Below, one piece after another: positions 26,744-36,049 of a stretch of DNA of 64,000 nt; the stretch's first letter is position 1; the number at the start of each line of letters is the position of its first letter. Below the pieces are notes generated by a model that did no database searches, had not been told where the DNA came from, and worked only from the letters and a program-made list of their open reading frames with translations. The translations under genes and the position numbers were made by a program. Source of the stretch: Candidatus Colwellbacteria bacterium (GTDB taxonomy: Bacteria; Patescibacteriota; Minisyncoccia; UBA6257; Colwellbacteraceae); assembly GCA_016176525.1 (NCBI GenBank), contig JACOWZ010000003.1, positions 192,001 through 256,000 of the forward strand, in the 5' to 3' direction.

Positions 26744-27637
26744 TTATACCCCGTTCTCTCTCTTTAAGCGCGCTACCAGTCCTTTAAAACCCAACATATC
26801 TAAATATTTTATAAGTTTTTCTGCATCTGGGGTTAAGGCTCGCAGATCTTTAAGCTTAATATCTATTTGCATGCCGGCATCCAATTTAGCAAGCTTCTTA
26901 GACATTAAAGCGCTTTCTTTGCCAGCTACAAGCTTTTTTAACAAAGCGGCATTAGACATGCCAAGCTCTTCAATCTCTTTATACATATCTTCAAGCGTGC
27001 CATATTTTTGTATAAGCATCGCTGCTGTTTTGGGGCCTATGCCTTTTACGCCGGGTATGTTGTCTGATGTATCTCCAACTAAACCCTTATAGTCCGCAAG
27101 TTTCTCCGGAGGCAGCAGAAAACGCTCTAAGACTTTGTCTTCATCGTATGTTATGCTCTCGCTTATGCCTTTTTTAGGCGTGATTGCTACCACTCGTTTG
27201 CCGCGCACTGCTTGTAAGATATCCAAATCGCCGGAGAATATAACTACATTTAAATCGTCGCTAAATTTCTTAGCCAGAGTCGCTACAATATCGTCTGCCT
27301 CCCAGCCGGGGTGTTCAATTCTTTTAATGCCGAGTAAATCAAAAATATTTTTAGACTCAATAATCTGTGGGATAAGAGTGCTGTCTGTTGGGGCCCGTGT
27401 TCCTTTATACTCTGCAAAATCTTTCTCTCTAAATGTAGCCTCCGGCGTGTCGTATGCAGCAACAACATACTCTGGTGCGCGCTCGCGCAGAATCTTTAAA
27501 AGGATGTTTGTAATGCCGTAGAGTGCGCCGGTTGGTTTGCCATCCGGAGAAGTGAAAGGCGGCAAAGCATGGAAGGCCCGGTGTATTAGAGAATTAGCGT
27601 CTATGATGAATAATTCTTTCATGTTGTTTTTCTCCAT
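26744..27637 (-). CDS. 5'-3' exonuclease / flap endonuclease (Pol I N-terminal domain-like)
   Basis: LFIIDANSLIHRAFHAL, GWEADDIVATLAKK and the helix-hairpin-helix region GVKGIGPKTA. Confidence 0.85.
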   Translation of the reverse strand: MEKNNMKELFIIDANSLIHRAFHALPPFTSPDGKPTGALYGITNILLKILRERAPEYVVAAYDTPEATFREKDFAEYKGTRAPTDSTLIPQIIESKNIFDLLGIKRIEHPGWEADDIVATLAKKFSDDLNVVIFSGDLDILQAVRGKRVVAITPKKGISESITYDEDKVLERFLLPPEKLADYKGLVGDTSDNIPGVKGIGPKTAAMLIQKYGTLEDMYKEIEELGMSNAALLKKLVAGKESALMSKKLAKLDAGMQIDIKLKDLRALTPDAEKLIKYLDMLGFKGLVARLKRENGV

Positions 27638-28079
27638 GTTCTATTTTTATCCAAGCAGTGCCGCGAGGCATAATTTTTTTCACTCTGTCTGCCCATTCCA
27701 CGACTAAAATATTTTTGGGATTTTTAATAATATCAGTAAAACCCAACTGCTTTAGCTCTGCAGCATCAACCCTATAAGCATCTATGTGGATTAGTTTACC
27801 AAATACGGCAGATTTAGGCAGCCTAAAGCTCCTTAAAATTAAAAAAGTTGGGCTTGTCACGCGGCCCTTATAACCAAACGCCCGGGCAAATGCTTTAATA
27901 AATGTAGTTTTACCTGCGCCTAAATGCCCTTGTAAACCGATAATAACGGCTTGCTTCTTGTGTGGCTCTAGCTTGTTTGCCAACTCTTTGGCAAACGCGC
28001 GGGTATGGCGTACGCTCTTAGAAAAGACCTTCTTCACTCTTAATAGATAGGTGCTTAAATGCCAAAGGCTCGGCAACAC
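27594..28079 (-). CDS. tsaE: tRNA t6A biosynthesis ATPase TsaE (YjeE)
   Basis: P-loop GLQGHLGAGKTTF. The true start may be the GTG at 28034-28036, which reduces the overlap with ruvB. Confidence 0.7.
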   Translation of the reverse strand: MLPSLWHLSTYLLRVKKVFSKSVRHTRAFAKELANKLEPHKKQAVIIGLQGHLGAGKTTFIKAFARAFGYKGRVTSPTFLILRSFRLPKSAVFGKLIHIDAYRVDAAELKQLGFTDIIKNPKNILVVEWADRVKKIMPRGTAWIKIEHGEKQHERIIHHRR

Positions 28080-29052
28080 GACCCGAAGGAGTTCTCCTTA
28101 TAAACCCAAGTTTCATCAGGTATGGCTCGTAAACGTTCTCTATAATATCCTCATCTTCATTTAAGCTGGCTGAGATTGTTTTTAACCCAACCGGGCCTCC
28201 TCCAAACTTATTGATTAATGTTTGTAATATTAGCCTGTCGTGGAACTCAAGCCCCATTGAATCAATTTCCAGAACCTCTAACACTTTAATTGCGACATCG
28301 CGCGTAATTTCTTTTAGGTTATGCACTTCGGCATAGTCGCGGGTGCGCTTTAATAGGCGATTTGCAACACGCGGGGTAAAGCGGCTAGCGCGAGCCAGAA
28401 TCTCTATAGCATCTGGCGTAATTTTTATACCTAAAATCTTTGCCGAGCGCGCAAGTATGCGCTCTATATCTTTATTATTATAATAATCCAGCCTAAAAAT
28501 AGCGCCGAATCTGGAACGCAGCGGCTCGGAGAGCATATGCGCGCGTGTTGTTGCTCCAATTAAAGTAAACGGCGGCAGATCAATGGATAAGGTTCTAGCG
28601 CCTGCACCTTTACCAATTACAATATGCAGCTTGCGAGATTCCATAGCCGGATATAAAACTTCTTCAACCGCGCGGTTTAGGCGGTGAATTTCGTCAACAA
28701 ATAAAATATTATTCGGCTCTAGATTGGAAAGTATCGCGGCGAGATCACCCATTTTTTCAATCGCCGGGCCAGTAGTAATTTTAATAGGCATTGCCATTTC
28801 TTTTGCAACTAGGTTTGCAAGAGTAGTTTTACCCAAACCCGCCTGTCCATAAAATAAAAGGTGATCAGCAGTTTCGTTACGCTTCTTAGCAGCTTCTAGT
28901 ATTATTCCGAGATTTCTTTTTACGCTCTCTTGACCGATGTAATCTTCCCAATCGGTAGGGCGTAGAATTGAATCGATATTGTTGTCTTCTGGAGCTTCTT
29001 TAAATTTAGGAGTGGTCTTTTTGGGCATATTGCGTATTAATTTTAGCACCAT
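28018..29052 (-). CDS. ruvB: Holliday junction branch-migration ATPase RuvB
   Basis: Walker A GQAGLGKTT, Walker B ILFVDEIHRL and sensor residues. Length is 344 aa. Confidence 0.93.
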   Translation of the reverse strand: MVLKLIRNMPKKTTPKFKEAPEDNNIDSILRPTDWEDYIGQESVKRNLGIILEAAKKRNETADHLLFYGQAGLGKTTLANLVAKEMAMPIKITTGPAIEKMGDLAAILSNLEPNNILFVDEIHRLNRAVEEVLYPAMESRKLHIVIGKGAGARTLSIDLPPFTLIGATTRAHMLSEPLRSRFGAIFRLDYYNNKDIERILARSAKILGIKITPDAIEILARASRFTPRVANRLLKRTRDYAEVHNLKEITRDVAIKVLEVLEIDSMGLEFHDRLILQTLINKFGGGPVGLKTISASLNEDEDIIENVYEPYLMKLGFIRRTPSGRVAEPLAFKHLSIKSEEGLF

Positions 29053-29062
29053 CGATACACTC

Positions 29063-29091
29063 TTGACAAATACTTATAATACTGTTATAAT
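29063..29091 (+). promoter_or_regulatory. Near-consensus sigma70 promoter with an extended -10
   Basis: TTGACA (29063-29068), 17-nt spacer, TGtTATAAT (29083-29091). Confidence 0.55.
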
Positions 29092-29097
29092 GCGCCC

Positions 29098-29264
29098 GCG
29101 AAAGATTAAACCAGAGGCCTGCGGGCAGCGAATCTAAATCTAGATTTAAGGACGGTTTGGTTCCGACTGAGCCTATCCTCGGATTTTGATTCTTATCTCA
29201 AAGCTTATTTATAAGTATTTGAGTGTTGCCCTTCCCGGGTGTGCCCGCAGACCTCTGGTTTTTC
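29098..29264 (+). ncRNA. Candidate small structured RNA of about 165 nt; class unassigned, 6S-like is possible
   Basis: Lies downstream of the consensus promoter. The 5' segment CCAGAGGCCTGCGGGCA (29111-29127) pairs with TGCCCGCAGACCTCTGG (29242-29258) with one mismatch and is followed by TTTTT. Internal hairpins are present. No ORF; both flanking genes are on the opposite strand. Confidence 0.45.
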
Positions 29265-30950
29265 TTATACCCCAACCCGCCACTCAATGGGGCCTGTAAC
29301 TTTTTCTACTTCTTCCAAGGTTGTAACGCCGGAGAGATATTTTAATATTCCGTCCGCTTGCATACCCACAAACCCGTGCGTTAGTGCAATTTTGCGTATA
29401 GCAGACTCCGATGCATCACTTTTAATAAGCTCTTCGTATTCTTCGCCGAATTCCAAAAATTCAAAAACACCGACTCTGCCTTTGTAGCCACCTGTACACT
29501 TTGCGCACCCCACAGCTTTATATAATGCGGGCGTTTTAAACGACGGGGCTAAATATTTTGGCAAGGTTTTTATAAAACTTTCTATTTTCTTTCTATCTCC
29601 TTCTGAAAATTCCGCTTTTACTTTGCAATTTTCGCATAGTTTACGCACAAGCCGCTGGGCGATAACAAGCGTAAGCGAGGGGCCTAGCACAGATGTTTTA
29701 GCACCCATATCTATTAAACGGGGTATTGCGCCCATAGCATTGTTTGTGTGGAGCGTTGAAAAAACCAAGTGTCCAGTTAACGATGCATTTATTGCAATTT
29801 CCGCTGTTTCTTTGTCGCGAATTTCGCCGACTAATATCATATCTGGGTCTTGCCGCAATATTGAGCGCAGGCCGGACGCAAAAGTGTAGCCAGCACCATT
29901 GTCAACTTGTGTTTGCTGAATACCGCTTAAGTGGTATTCAATTGGGTCTTCAACTGTTATTATTTTTAACTCCGGGTTTGCAACAGATTTTAAAAACGCG
30001 TAGAGAGTTGTTGTTTTACCACTGCCGGTGGGGCCGGTCACCAAAATCATTCCATTAGGGCGTTTTATTTCTTTTTTGGCAACATCCTCTAAATCTTTGC
30101 GCAGGCCTAATTGCGTGAGAGTTATTGAAATAGCGCTGGGGTCAAGCACCCGCATAACAACCGCTTCGCCAAATTCAGATGGAATAACAGAAAATCTTAT
30201 TTCAATATCACTCCTACCTACACGCACTGTAAAACGGCCATCTTGTGGAGCATCAGTTATGTTGATTTTTAATCCAGAGAGAAGCTTCATCCTATTTAAA
30301 AGAGTTCTGTAGCGCTCTTTGGGTAGGCGCCAAGCATCATATAACACGCCGTCTATCCTAAAACGCATAAGCGCATCTTCTTCTTTTGATTCAAAGTGAA
30401 TGTCTGATGCGTGAATTGCAAGAGCCGAAGCGAGCACAACGCCAAGCGTATGAGTGGTTGAGTCTGTCTTTGAGGCGCCGCCATCCAAAACACGCTCTAT
30501 ATCTTCTACTTTCGCAACTGCCTTTTTTAGATCTCCAAACTCGCCCTCGGTTATATCAACCCGCGAGACGAGCTCCGGCAAATCACGCGAAAGTTCTTTA
30601 TATCTTTTTAAACCCCTTTCAAGAGAAGATTGGGAACAAACAAAAACCTGTACAGAATATCCTTTAGACTCCAGCCCTTTTATTACTTTCATAGCCTCTT
30701 TAGATTTTGGTAGAATTGAGGCAATTATTGCATCCTTGCCTTTTAGCTTAAAAGGGACTAAGTTTGCCGACTTTGCTATATCTTCCGGCGCAAGTTTTAG
30801 GGCGGATAAATCCGTAGGTATAAAATCTAAATTAACATAAGGAAGATTTAGGGTTTCTGCCAAGCGCTTTGCTTCGCGCTCCTCGCCTTCGCGCCGCATT
30901 ATTGCAAGCTTTTGCGCAACAGCATCAGACGTGTTTGTAAACTCAGGCAT
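29265..30950 (-). CDS. pilB: Type II/IV secretion-family ATPase (PilB/GspE-like)
   Basis: N-terminal GSPII_E N domain, Walker A GPTGSGKTTT, and Asp/His boxes. Length is 561 aa. Confidence 0.88.
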   Translation of the reverse strand: MPEFTNTSDAVAQKLAIMRREGEEREAKRLAETLNLPYVNLDFIPTDLSALKLAPEDIAKSANLVPFKLKGKDAIIASILPKSKEAMKVIKGLESKGYSVQVFVCSQSSLERGLKRYKELSRDLPELVSRVDITEGEFGDLKKAVAKVEDIERVLDGGASKTDSTTHTLGVVLASALAIHASDIHFESKEEDALMRFRIDGVLYDAWRLPKERYRTLLNRMKLLSGLKINITDAPQDGRFTVRVGRSDIEIRFSVIPSEFGEAVVMRVLDPSAISITLTQLGLRKDLEDVAKKEIKRPNGMILVTGPTGSGKTTTLYAFLKSVANPELKIITVEDPIEYHLSGIQQTQVDNGAGYTFASGLRSILRQDPDMILVGEIRDKETAEIAINASLTGHLVFSTLHTNNAMGAIPRLIDMGAKTSVLGPSLTLVIAQRLVRKLCENCKVKAEFSEGDRKKIESFIKTLPKYLAPSFKTPALYKAVGCAKCTGGYKGRVGVFEFLEFGEEYEELIKSDASESAIRKIALTHGFVGMQADGILKYLSGVTTLEEVEKVTGPIEWRVGV

Positions 30951-31072
30951 TTATAAAATAATAATACTAATATACGAATTGTACTAATGATACTAATAGT
31001 TAACGAATGAATTCATTTGTATTATTCGTTGCATTCGCATGCATTCGTAGATTAGTATTACACTTATATAAT

Positions 31073-31594
31073 ATGGCAGGGCATTCAAAGTGGCACCAAA
31101 TTAAACATAAGAAAGGCAAAGAAGATGCCGCACGTGCACGGGTGTTTTCTAAACTCGCAAATGCAATTTCGGCAGCAGCAAAATCTGAGCCTAATCCAGA
31201 TTTTAACCCAACGCTGCGCAGCGCCATAGAACGAGCAAAAAAAGAAAGCATGCCAGCCGAAAATATAGAACGCGCAATTAAAAGAGCAACCGAAGCAGGC
31301 AACTTAGAAGAAATATTTATAGAAAGCTATGGGCCGGAAGGCGCTGCTATAATAATTGAGGGATTAACACAAAATAAACCGCGCAGCATAAATGAAATTA
31401 AGATACTTATGGGTGAGCACGATATTAAATTAGCCGCACCAGGAAGTGTAAAATGGAGTTTTGCAAAAACCGAAGATGGATTTACCCCAAATTTTAAAAC
31501 TGATATATCCCAAGATGCAAAAGATAAAATTACAAAATTTATAGAAGCAGCAGAAGAAAGGGAAGACATTAATAGTGTTTATGCAAATATATAG
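31073..31594 (+). CDS. yebC: YebC/PmpR-family probable transcriptional regulator
   Basis: MAGHSKWHQIKHKKG start. Moved to the internal Met at 31073, giving ~173 aa, which is shorter than typical YebC proteins. Confidence 0.85.
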   Translation: MAGHSKWHQIKHKKGKEDAARARVFSKLANAISAAAKSEPNPDFNPTLRSAIERAKKESMPAENIERAIKRATEAGNLEEIFIESYGPEGAAIIIEGLTQNKPRSINEIKILMGEHDIKLAAPGSVKWSFAKTEDGFTPNFKTDISQDAKDKITKFIEAAEEREDINSVYANI

Positions 31595-31598
31595 ATAG

Positions 31599-32093
31599 AT
31601 GGTTATTTTAGGTATTGACCCTGGCACAACTCTCATTGGTTTTGGAGTAATTGAAAAATCAAAAAATGGGCTTGGCTTTGTAGATTATGGGGTTATAAAA
31701 ACAAAAGGCAATAATATCGAAAAGCTCAAGACTATAGACCAAGAAATCCAAAAAATATTAAAAGAATATAAACCTGAAGTTGCGGGAATAGAAACACTAT
31801 ATTTCTCAAAAAACCAGAAAACCGCACTTTTAGTTGCTGAAGCAAGGGGAGTAATACTCACAAACCTAGCCAAACAAAATATAAAAATAATGGAATTTGA
31901 CCCCACGAACGTAAAAGCCACGGTAGCCGGATATGGCAGAAGCGACAAATTAGGCATAAAAAGAGCAGTTGAGTTAACTTTAAAATGTGGAGAATTAAAA
32001 AAAGAAGACGATGCAATTGATGCTCTTGCTATAGCCCTTAGAGTAAGTTTTGAGAGGGGGGTGAATAAAGGGGTTGACATACTCAAAACCTGA
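31599..32093 (+). CDS. ruvC: Holliday junction resolvase RuvC
   Basis: ILGIDPGTTLIGFGV start with catalytic acidic residues. Length is 164 aa. Confidence 0.9.
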   Translation: MVILGIDPGTTLIGFGVIEKSKNGLGFVDYGVIKTKGNNIEKLKTIDQEIQKILKEYKPEVAGIETLYFSKNQKTALLVAEARGVILTNLAKQNIKIMEFDPTNVKATVAGYGRSDKLGIKRAVELTLKCGELKKEDDAIDALAIALRVSFERGVNKGVDILKT

Positions 32094-32135
32094 TATAAAC
32101 TTTGCTGAAAATAAGGTCGAAAAAGTAACAAATAA

Positions 32136-32297
32136 ATGGCAATAAAGACATCAACCCTATTGTCTGAAGATTTGCTGGAAAGCGACGAAAGTGAAGAAAT
32201 GGGCGAAGAGGAAGACGACGATGCAGACGAGGAAGACGACGATGAGGATGAAGATTGGGGCGAAGAGGAAGACGACGATGCAGACGAGGAAGAGTAA
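32136..32297 (+). CDS. Putative 53-aa hyper-acidic protein (Asp/Glu-rich) with an internal 36-nt direct repeat
   Basis: ATG at 32136 and TAA at 32295. The protein reads MAIKTSTLLSEDLLESDESEEMGEEEDDDADEEDDDEDEDWGEEEDDDADEEE. A strong terminator follows it immediately. Below the ORF-track length cut-off. Confidence 0.35.
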   Translation: MAIKTSTLLSEDLLESDESEEMGEEEDDDADEEDDDEDEDWGEEEDDDADEEE

Positions 32298-32310
32298 CGC
32301 CTGACTCAAA

Positions 32311-32343
32311 GCAAACCCCCGCCTTGGCGGGGGTTTGCTTTTT
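32311..32343 (+). terminator. Strong rho-independent terminator
   Basis: GCAAACCCCCGCC, loop TTG, GGCGGGGGTTTGC, then TTTTT. Confidence 0.7.
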
Positions 32344-32360
32344 GGGTAGACTATAGATTC

Positions 32361-34787
32361 ATGCAAAATATGATTGACCGCGTACGTAAATATTTACGTA
32401 AATACTTAAATAAATATTCAAAGAGGCAGTTAAAACAGTGGGCTGTACGCGCAGGGGTGGCTCTTGCAGCATTTGCTGTGTTTTTTGCAGCAACAGGAGC
32501 TCTCGCCTTTGCGTATTTTTCTTATACCTTGCCTCCAATAGAGGAAATCAATAACAGAAAAACTGCAGAATCTACAAAAATATACGATCGCACCGGCGAA
32601 GTTCTTCTTTACGAAATAAGAGGTGAAGAAAGGAGAACTATAATATCCTCCGAAGACATACCTGAATATATGAAACTCTCTACAATAGCCGCGGAAGACG
32701 AAAGATTCTATGAAAACCCAGCTTTTGACTGGCAAGGAATATTGCGCGGCATATGGGCAGGAGTTTCTACTGGGCGGTTCCAGGGCGGATCCACTATCAC
32801 GCAACAGCTTGCTAAAAATATATTCCTTGAACCTAAACGCAATATAAAACGAAAATTAAAAGAGCTGGTTTTAGCAATGCGGCTAGAACAAACCCACACA
32901 AAAGATGAGATACTAACTCTTTATCTCAACCAAGTTCCTTATGGAGGGAATATCTATGGCATAGAAGCAGCAACACAGGTTTATTTTGGCAAACCAGCAA
33001 AAGACCTTACGCTAAACGAGTCTGCACTTTTAGCAGCACTCCCAAAAGCGCCTTCGTATTATTCGCCATGGGGAGATAATGTTCCAGATTTAATTAGCCG
33101 AAAGAACACTATTCTACAAAAGATGTATACCCTTGGGTATATCGGCGAAGAGGAGAAAGAAGAAGCGCAAAAAGAAAGCCCAGAGATTATGCCAAGAACA
33201 AAAGCGGGTATAAAAGCGCCCCACTTTGTGGTTTATGTGCAAAATTACTTGCAAAATAAATATGGCGAGCAATTTTTACGTACGGCAGGCTTAAAAGTTA
33301 CAACCACGCTTAATTGGGAAATGCAGGAGCTGGCTGAAACTGCTGTAAAAGAAGGCGCAGATAGAAACACAGAACTATACGGCGGCAAAAATGCGAGCCT
33401 GATTGCGCTTGACCCGCAAAATGGCGAGATTCTTTCTATGGTCGGTTCGGCGGATTACTTTGATATAGAAAACGAAGGTAATTTTAATGTAGCGGTGTCT
33501 GGCCTAAGGCAGCCGGGCTCGGCTTTTAAGCCGTTTGTTTACACTGCCGCTTTCCAAAAAGGATACAGCCCCGAAACTATAGTTTGGGATGCAGAAACTG
33601 AATTTGATACAACAGGCGATCCGAGCCGTAGTTATAAACCGCAAAATTTTGATGAGAAATTCCGCGGACCAGTAACCTTAAAAGAGGGCCTTGCTCAATC
33701 TATAAACGTGCCGTCTGTTAAAGCATTCTATTTAGCTGGAATTGGGGATAGCATCAATTTAGCAGAGAATTTTGGAATTACCACTTTAAAAGACAGAGAA
33801 AGATTCGGGCTAACGCTTGTTTTAGGAGGAGGAGAGGTAAAGCTTATTGAACTTGCAAGCGCATACGGAGTTTTTGCCGCTGATGGTATGAAATACGAAA
33901 CAACTCCAATAATAAAAATTGAAACTGAAGGTGGCAGAATTTTAGAAGAGTGGAAACCCAAAGGAGTGAGTGTTATAGATCCTCAATATCCGCGGCTTAT
34001 AAACCAAATATTATCTGACTCTAATTTAAGGGCACCACTTTTCCAAGCTAGCGCCCCTCTTACAAGGGTTTCAGGCTACCAAGTGGCGCTAAAAACAGGA
34101 ACCACGAACAACTATATAGACGCTTGGGCGATGGGGTATGCGCCGAATTTAGTTGTAGGAGTTTGGGCAGGCAACAACCACAGAGAACCGCTGACGGCCC
34201 GCGGCAGCAGTATTCTTGCCGCCGTACCAATTTGGCATGATTTTATGAGCGTTGCTTTACCTATGCTTCCGCTGAAGACCTTTGCTAAACCGACATCCAT
34301 AGAACAGTCTAATATAGCTGTTGTGCGCGGAGAATTCCCACAAGAAGATAGAGACAACCCTCATTCAATTTTGTACTATTTATCGAGATTGGATGATCCG
34401 CAATTTGAAAACTGGGAGTTGGGCTTAGAAAGCTGGCTAAAATCGAACCCCGCTCCCGACTTTAGTAAATTTGCAGTTAGCGGGGTGGCAGAATCCTCGC
34501 TTTACCCCGCACGGCCTTTTATAAACCTAATCAGCCCAAAAAATGGCGAAGTGGTAGAGGGCAAGCTTTTAGTAGAGGCAAATATAACTAGCAAAGAATC
34601 AATTAGAAAGATTGAAGTATTTTTGAACGACACACTTATAGACTCCAAAAATGGAAATTGGGTAGATGATTATACATACAGGTCAAACTTTTCTACCAAC
34701 CTCTTACCAAAACAGAACAAACTGCGTATCGTGGTAACAGACGAATCTAAAAGAGAAGAGGTTAAAGAAGTAATATTTTATCTGTAA
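32361..34787 (+). CDS. Class A penicillin-binding protein (glycosyltransferase plus transpeptidase) with a C-terminal extension
   Basis: GT51 motifs EDERFYEN and GGSTITQQLAKN, and transpeptidase motifs SAFKPF and KTGT. Length is 808 aa. Confidence 0.9.
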   Translation: MQNMIDRVRKYLRKYLNKYSKRQLKQWAVRAGVALAAFAVFFAATGALAFAYFSYTLPPIEEINNRKTAESTKIYDRTGEVLLYEIRGEERRTIISSEDIPEYMKLSTIAAEDERFYENPAFDWQGILRGIWAGVSTGRFQGGSTITQQLAKNIFLEPKRNIKRKLKELVLAMRLEQTHTKDEILTLYLNQVPYGGNIYGIEAATQVYFGKPAKDLTLNESALLAALPKAPSYYSPWGDNVPDLISRKNTILQKMYTLGYIGEEEKEEAQKESPEIMPRTKAGIKAPHFVVYVQNYLQNKYGEQFLRTAGLKVTTTLNWEMQELAETAVKEGADRNTELYGGKNASLIALDPQNGEILSMVGSADYFDIENEGNFNVAVSGLRQPGSAFKPFVYTAAFQKGYSPETIVWDAETEFDTTGDPSRSYKPQNFDEKFRGPVTLKEGLAQSINVPSVKAFYLAGIGDSINLAENFGITTLKDRERFGLTLVLGGGEVKLIELASAYGVFAADGMKYETTPIIKIETEGGRILEEWKPKGVSVIDPQYPRLINQILSDSNLRAPLFQASAPLTRVSGYQVALKTGTTNNYIDAWAMGYAPNLVVGVWAGNNHREPLTARGSSILAAVPIWHDFMSVALPMLPLKTFAKPTSIEQSNIAVVRGEFPQEDRDNPHSILYYLSRLDDPQFENWELGLESWLKSNPAPDFSKFAVSGVAESSLYPARPFINLISPKNGEVVEGKLLVEANITSKESIRKIEVFLNDTLIDSKNGNWVDDYTYRSNFSTNLLPKQNKLRIVVTDESKREEVKEVIFYL

Positions 34788-34793
34788 AAAATA

Positions 34794-35906
34794 TTACGTT
34801 TTTATAGGCATTACAACGTAGATATAAGAGTCGTCTTTTGGAGATTTTATAAGACCAGGCTTGTTGTTTCCGTTTAAAGACAAGGTTATTTCATCGCTAT
34901 TCTGTGCTTTAACCCCATCTAAAATATACTTTAAGTTAAATGTGATCTCGGAATCCTCACCTTTTATTTTGCAAGCTATCATATATTTGTTTTCTCCTAG
35001 TGAGTTATCGCCAGAATAGACTTCTAATGTCTTTTGGTTTTTAGTGCGCAGATTCACATCTTTTATACGCGAAGTAAAAGAGCTTGCAAGCTTTAGTGCG
35101 CTTAAAAGCTCTTCGCGCGGGAGAGTTATTTCTGTTTCAGAGCTTGAGGGTATTATTGCTTCGTAATCCGGAAATTTACCATCTATAACTCTGGAGATTA
35201 AATCAACATTCCCAGCAGAAATAAGCACTTGGTTTGCCTCTGCGTATAGCGTAACTTTGTCTTCTTCTGCAAACCTTATTATTTTTATAATCGCCTCAAC
35301 AGACTTTAACGGCAAGATTAAGTTGAAGCCCGTTTCTGGCTGTTCGTGAACGCCGCGATTTTTTATTTTCTCTTCCGCGAGGCGGAAGCTGTCTGTCGCC
35401 GCAATTTTTACAACTCCTGCTTCCGAGGAAAACAAGGCCCCGTTTATCTCTGGCCTCAAGTCGCTCGTTCCTGCGGCAATAACTACCCGTTCCAATGACT
35501 TTCCAAAAACATCTTTATCTAAAACAACTTTGTTTTTCTTTGACTCTAACTGAGGAATAATGGGGAATTCGCTCTTGTTTTGCCCTTGTACCAGAGCTTC
35601 ATAACTATCGGTTTGGATAATTAAATTATTTTCCCTGTTTTTAAGGTTTATTCGCTCGCTGGAAATATTATTAACTATACTTGAAAAAACGCCGTACGGA
35701 ACAGAAACTGCGCCGGCTTCAATTATTTTGCCGGAGAGCGCGCAGTTTATTCCTATTTCCAAATTTGTGGAAGAAACTTTTATTTTATTACCTTGGGTTT
35801 CCAGCAAAACATTTGCCGTCATCGGCACGTTTGGATTTACACCAACACCAGAAGTGAGCGCATCCAAACATTTTTTTATATTGCTTTTTAACACTACTAA
35901 CTCCAT
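34794..35906 (-). CDS. dnaN: DNA polymerase III beta sliding clamp
   Basis: 370-aa three-domain clamp. It lies adjacent to dnaA. Confidence 0.9.
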   Translation of the reverse strand: MELVVLKSNIKKCLDALTSGVGVNPNVPMTANVLLETQGNKIKVSSTNLEIGINCALSGKIIEAGAVSVPYGVFSSIVNNISSERINLKNRENNLIIQTDSYEALVQGQNKSEFPIIPQLESKKNKVVLDKDVFGKSLERVVIAAGTSDLRPEINGALFSSEAGVVKIAATDSFRLAEEKIKNRGVHEQPETGFNLILPLKSVEAIIKIIRFAEEDKVTLYAEANQVLISAGNVDLISRVIDGKFPDYEAIIPSSSETEITLPREELLSALKLASSFTSRIKDVNLRTKNQKTLEVYSGDNSLGENKYMIACKIKGEDSEITFNLKYILDGVKAQNSDEITLSLNGNNKPGLIKSPKDDSYIYVVMPIKT

Positions 35907-36049
35907 ATTAATTATTTTATTTATATAAACTTATGTTTTATTAATTATGTTAATTCTGTGAATTATACTCTATTTAAAAATTAACTTCCTGTTAATTAAG
36001 TGTTATTAATTTTTCCCGGTTTATTTTTATACTCATTTGTTTTAACAGT
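35907..36049. promoter_or_regulatory. AT-rich dnaA-dnaN intergenic region, candidate DNA-unwinding element of oriC
   Basis: 143 bp that is strongly AT-rich (TTATTTATATAAACTTATGTTTTATTAATTATG...). Confidence 0.3.

Noticed and set aside
29053-29264. SRP (4.5S) RNA or tmRNA in the ruvB-pilB spacer
   Set aside because: There is no GGAAG/AGCAGC domain-IV motif and no tRNA-like acceptor or TPsiC end. The call is kept only as an unclassified sRNA candidate.
32157-32366. 69-aa hydrophobic minus-strand ORF
   Set aside because: It is antisense to the GA-rich acidic ORF, and its start would lie inside the GC terminator hairpin. The poly-Phe/Val composition is the mirror image of GAA/GAC repeats.
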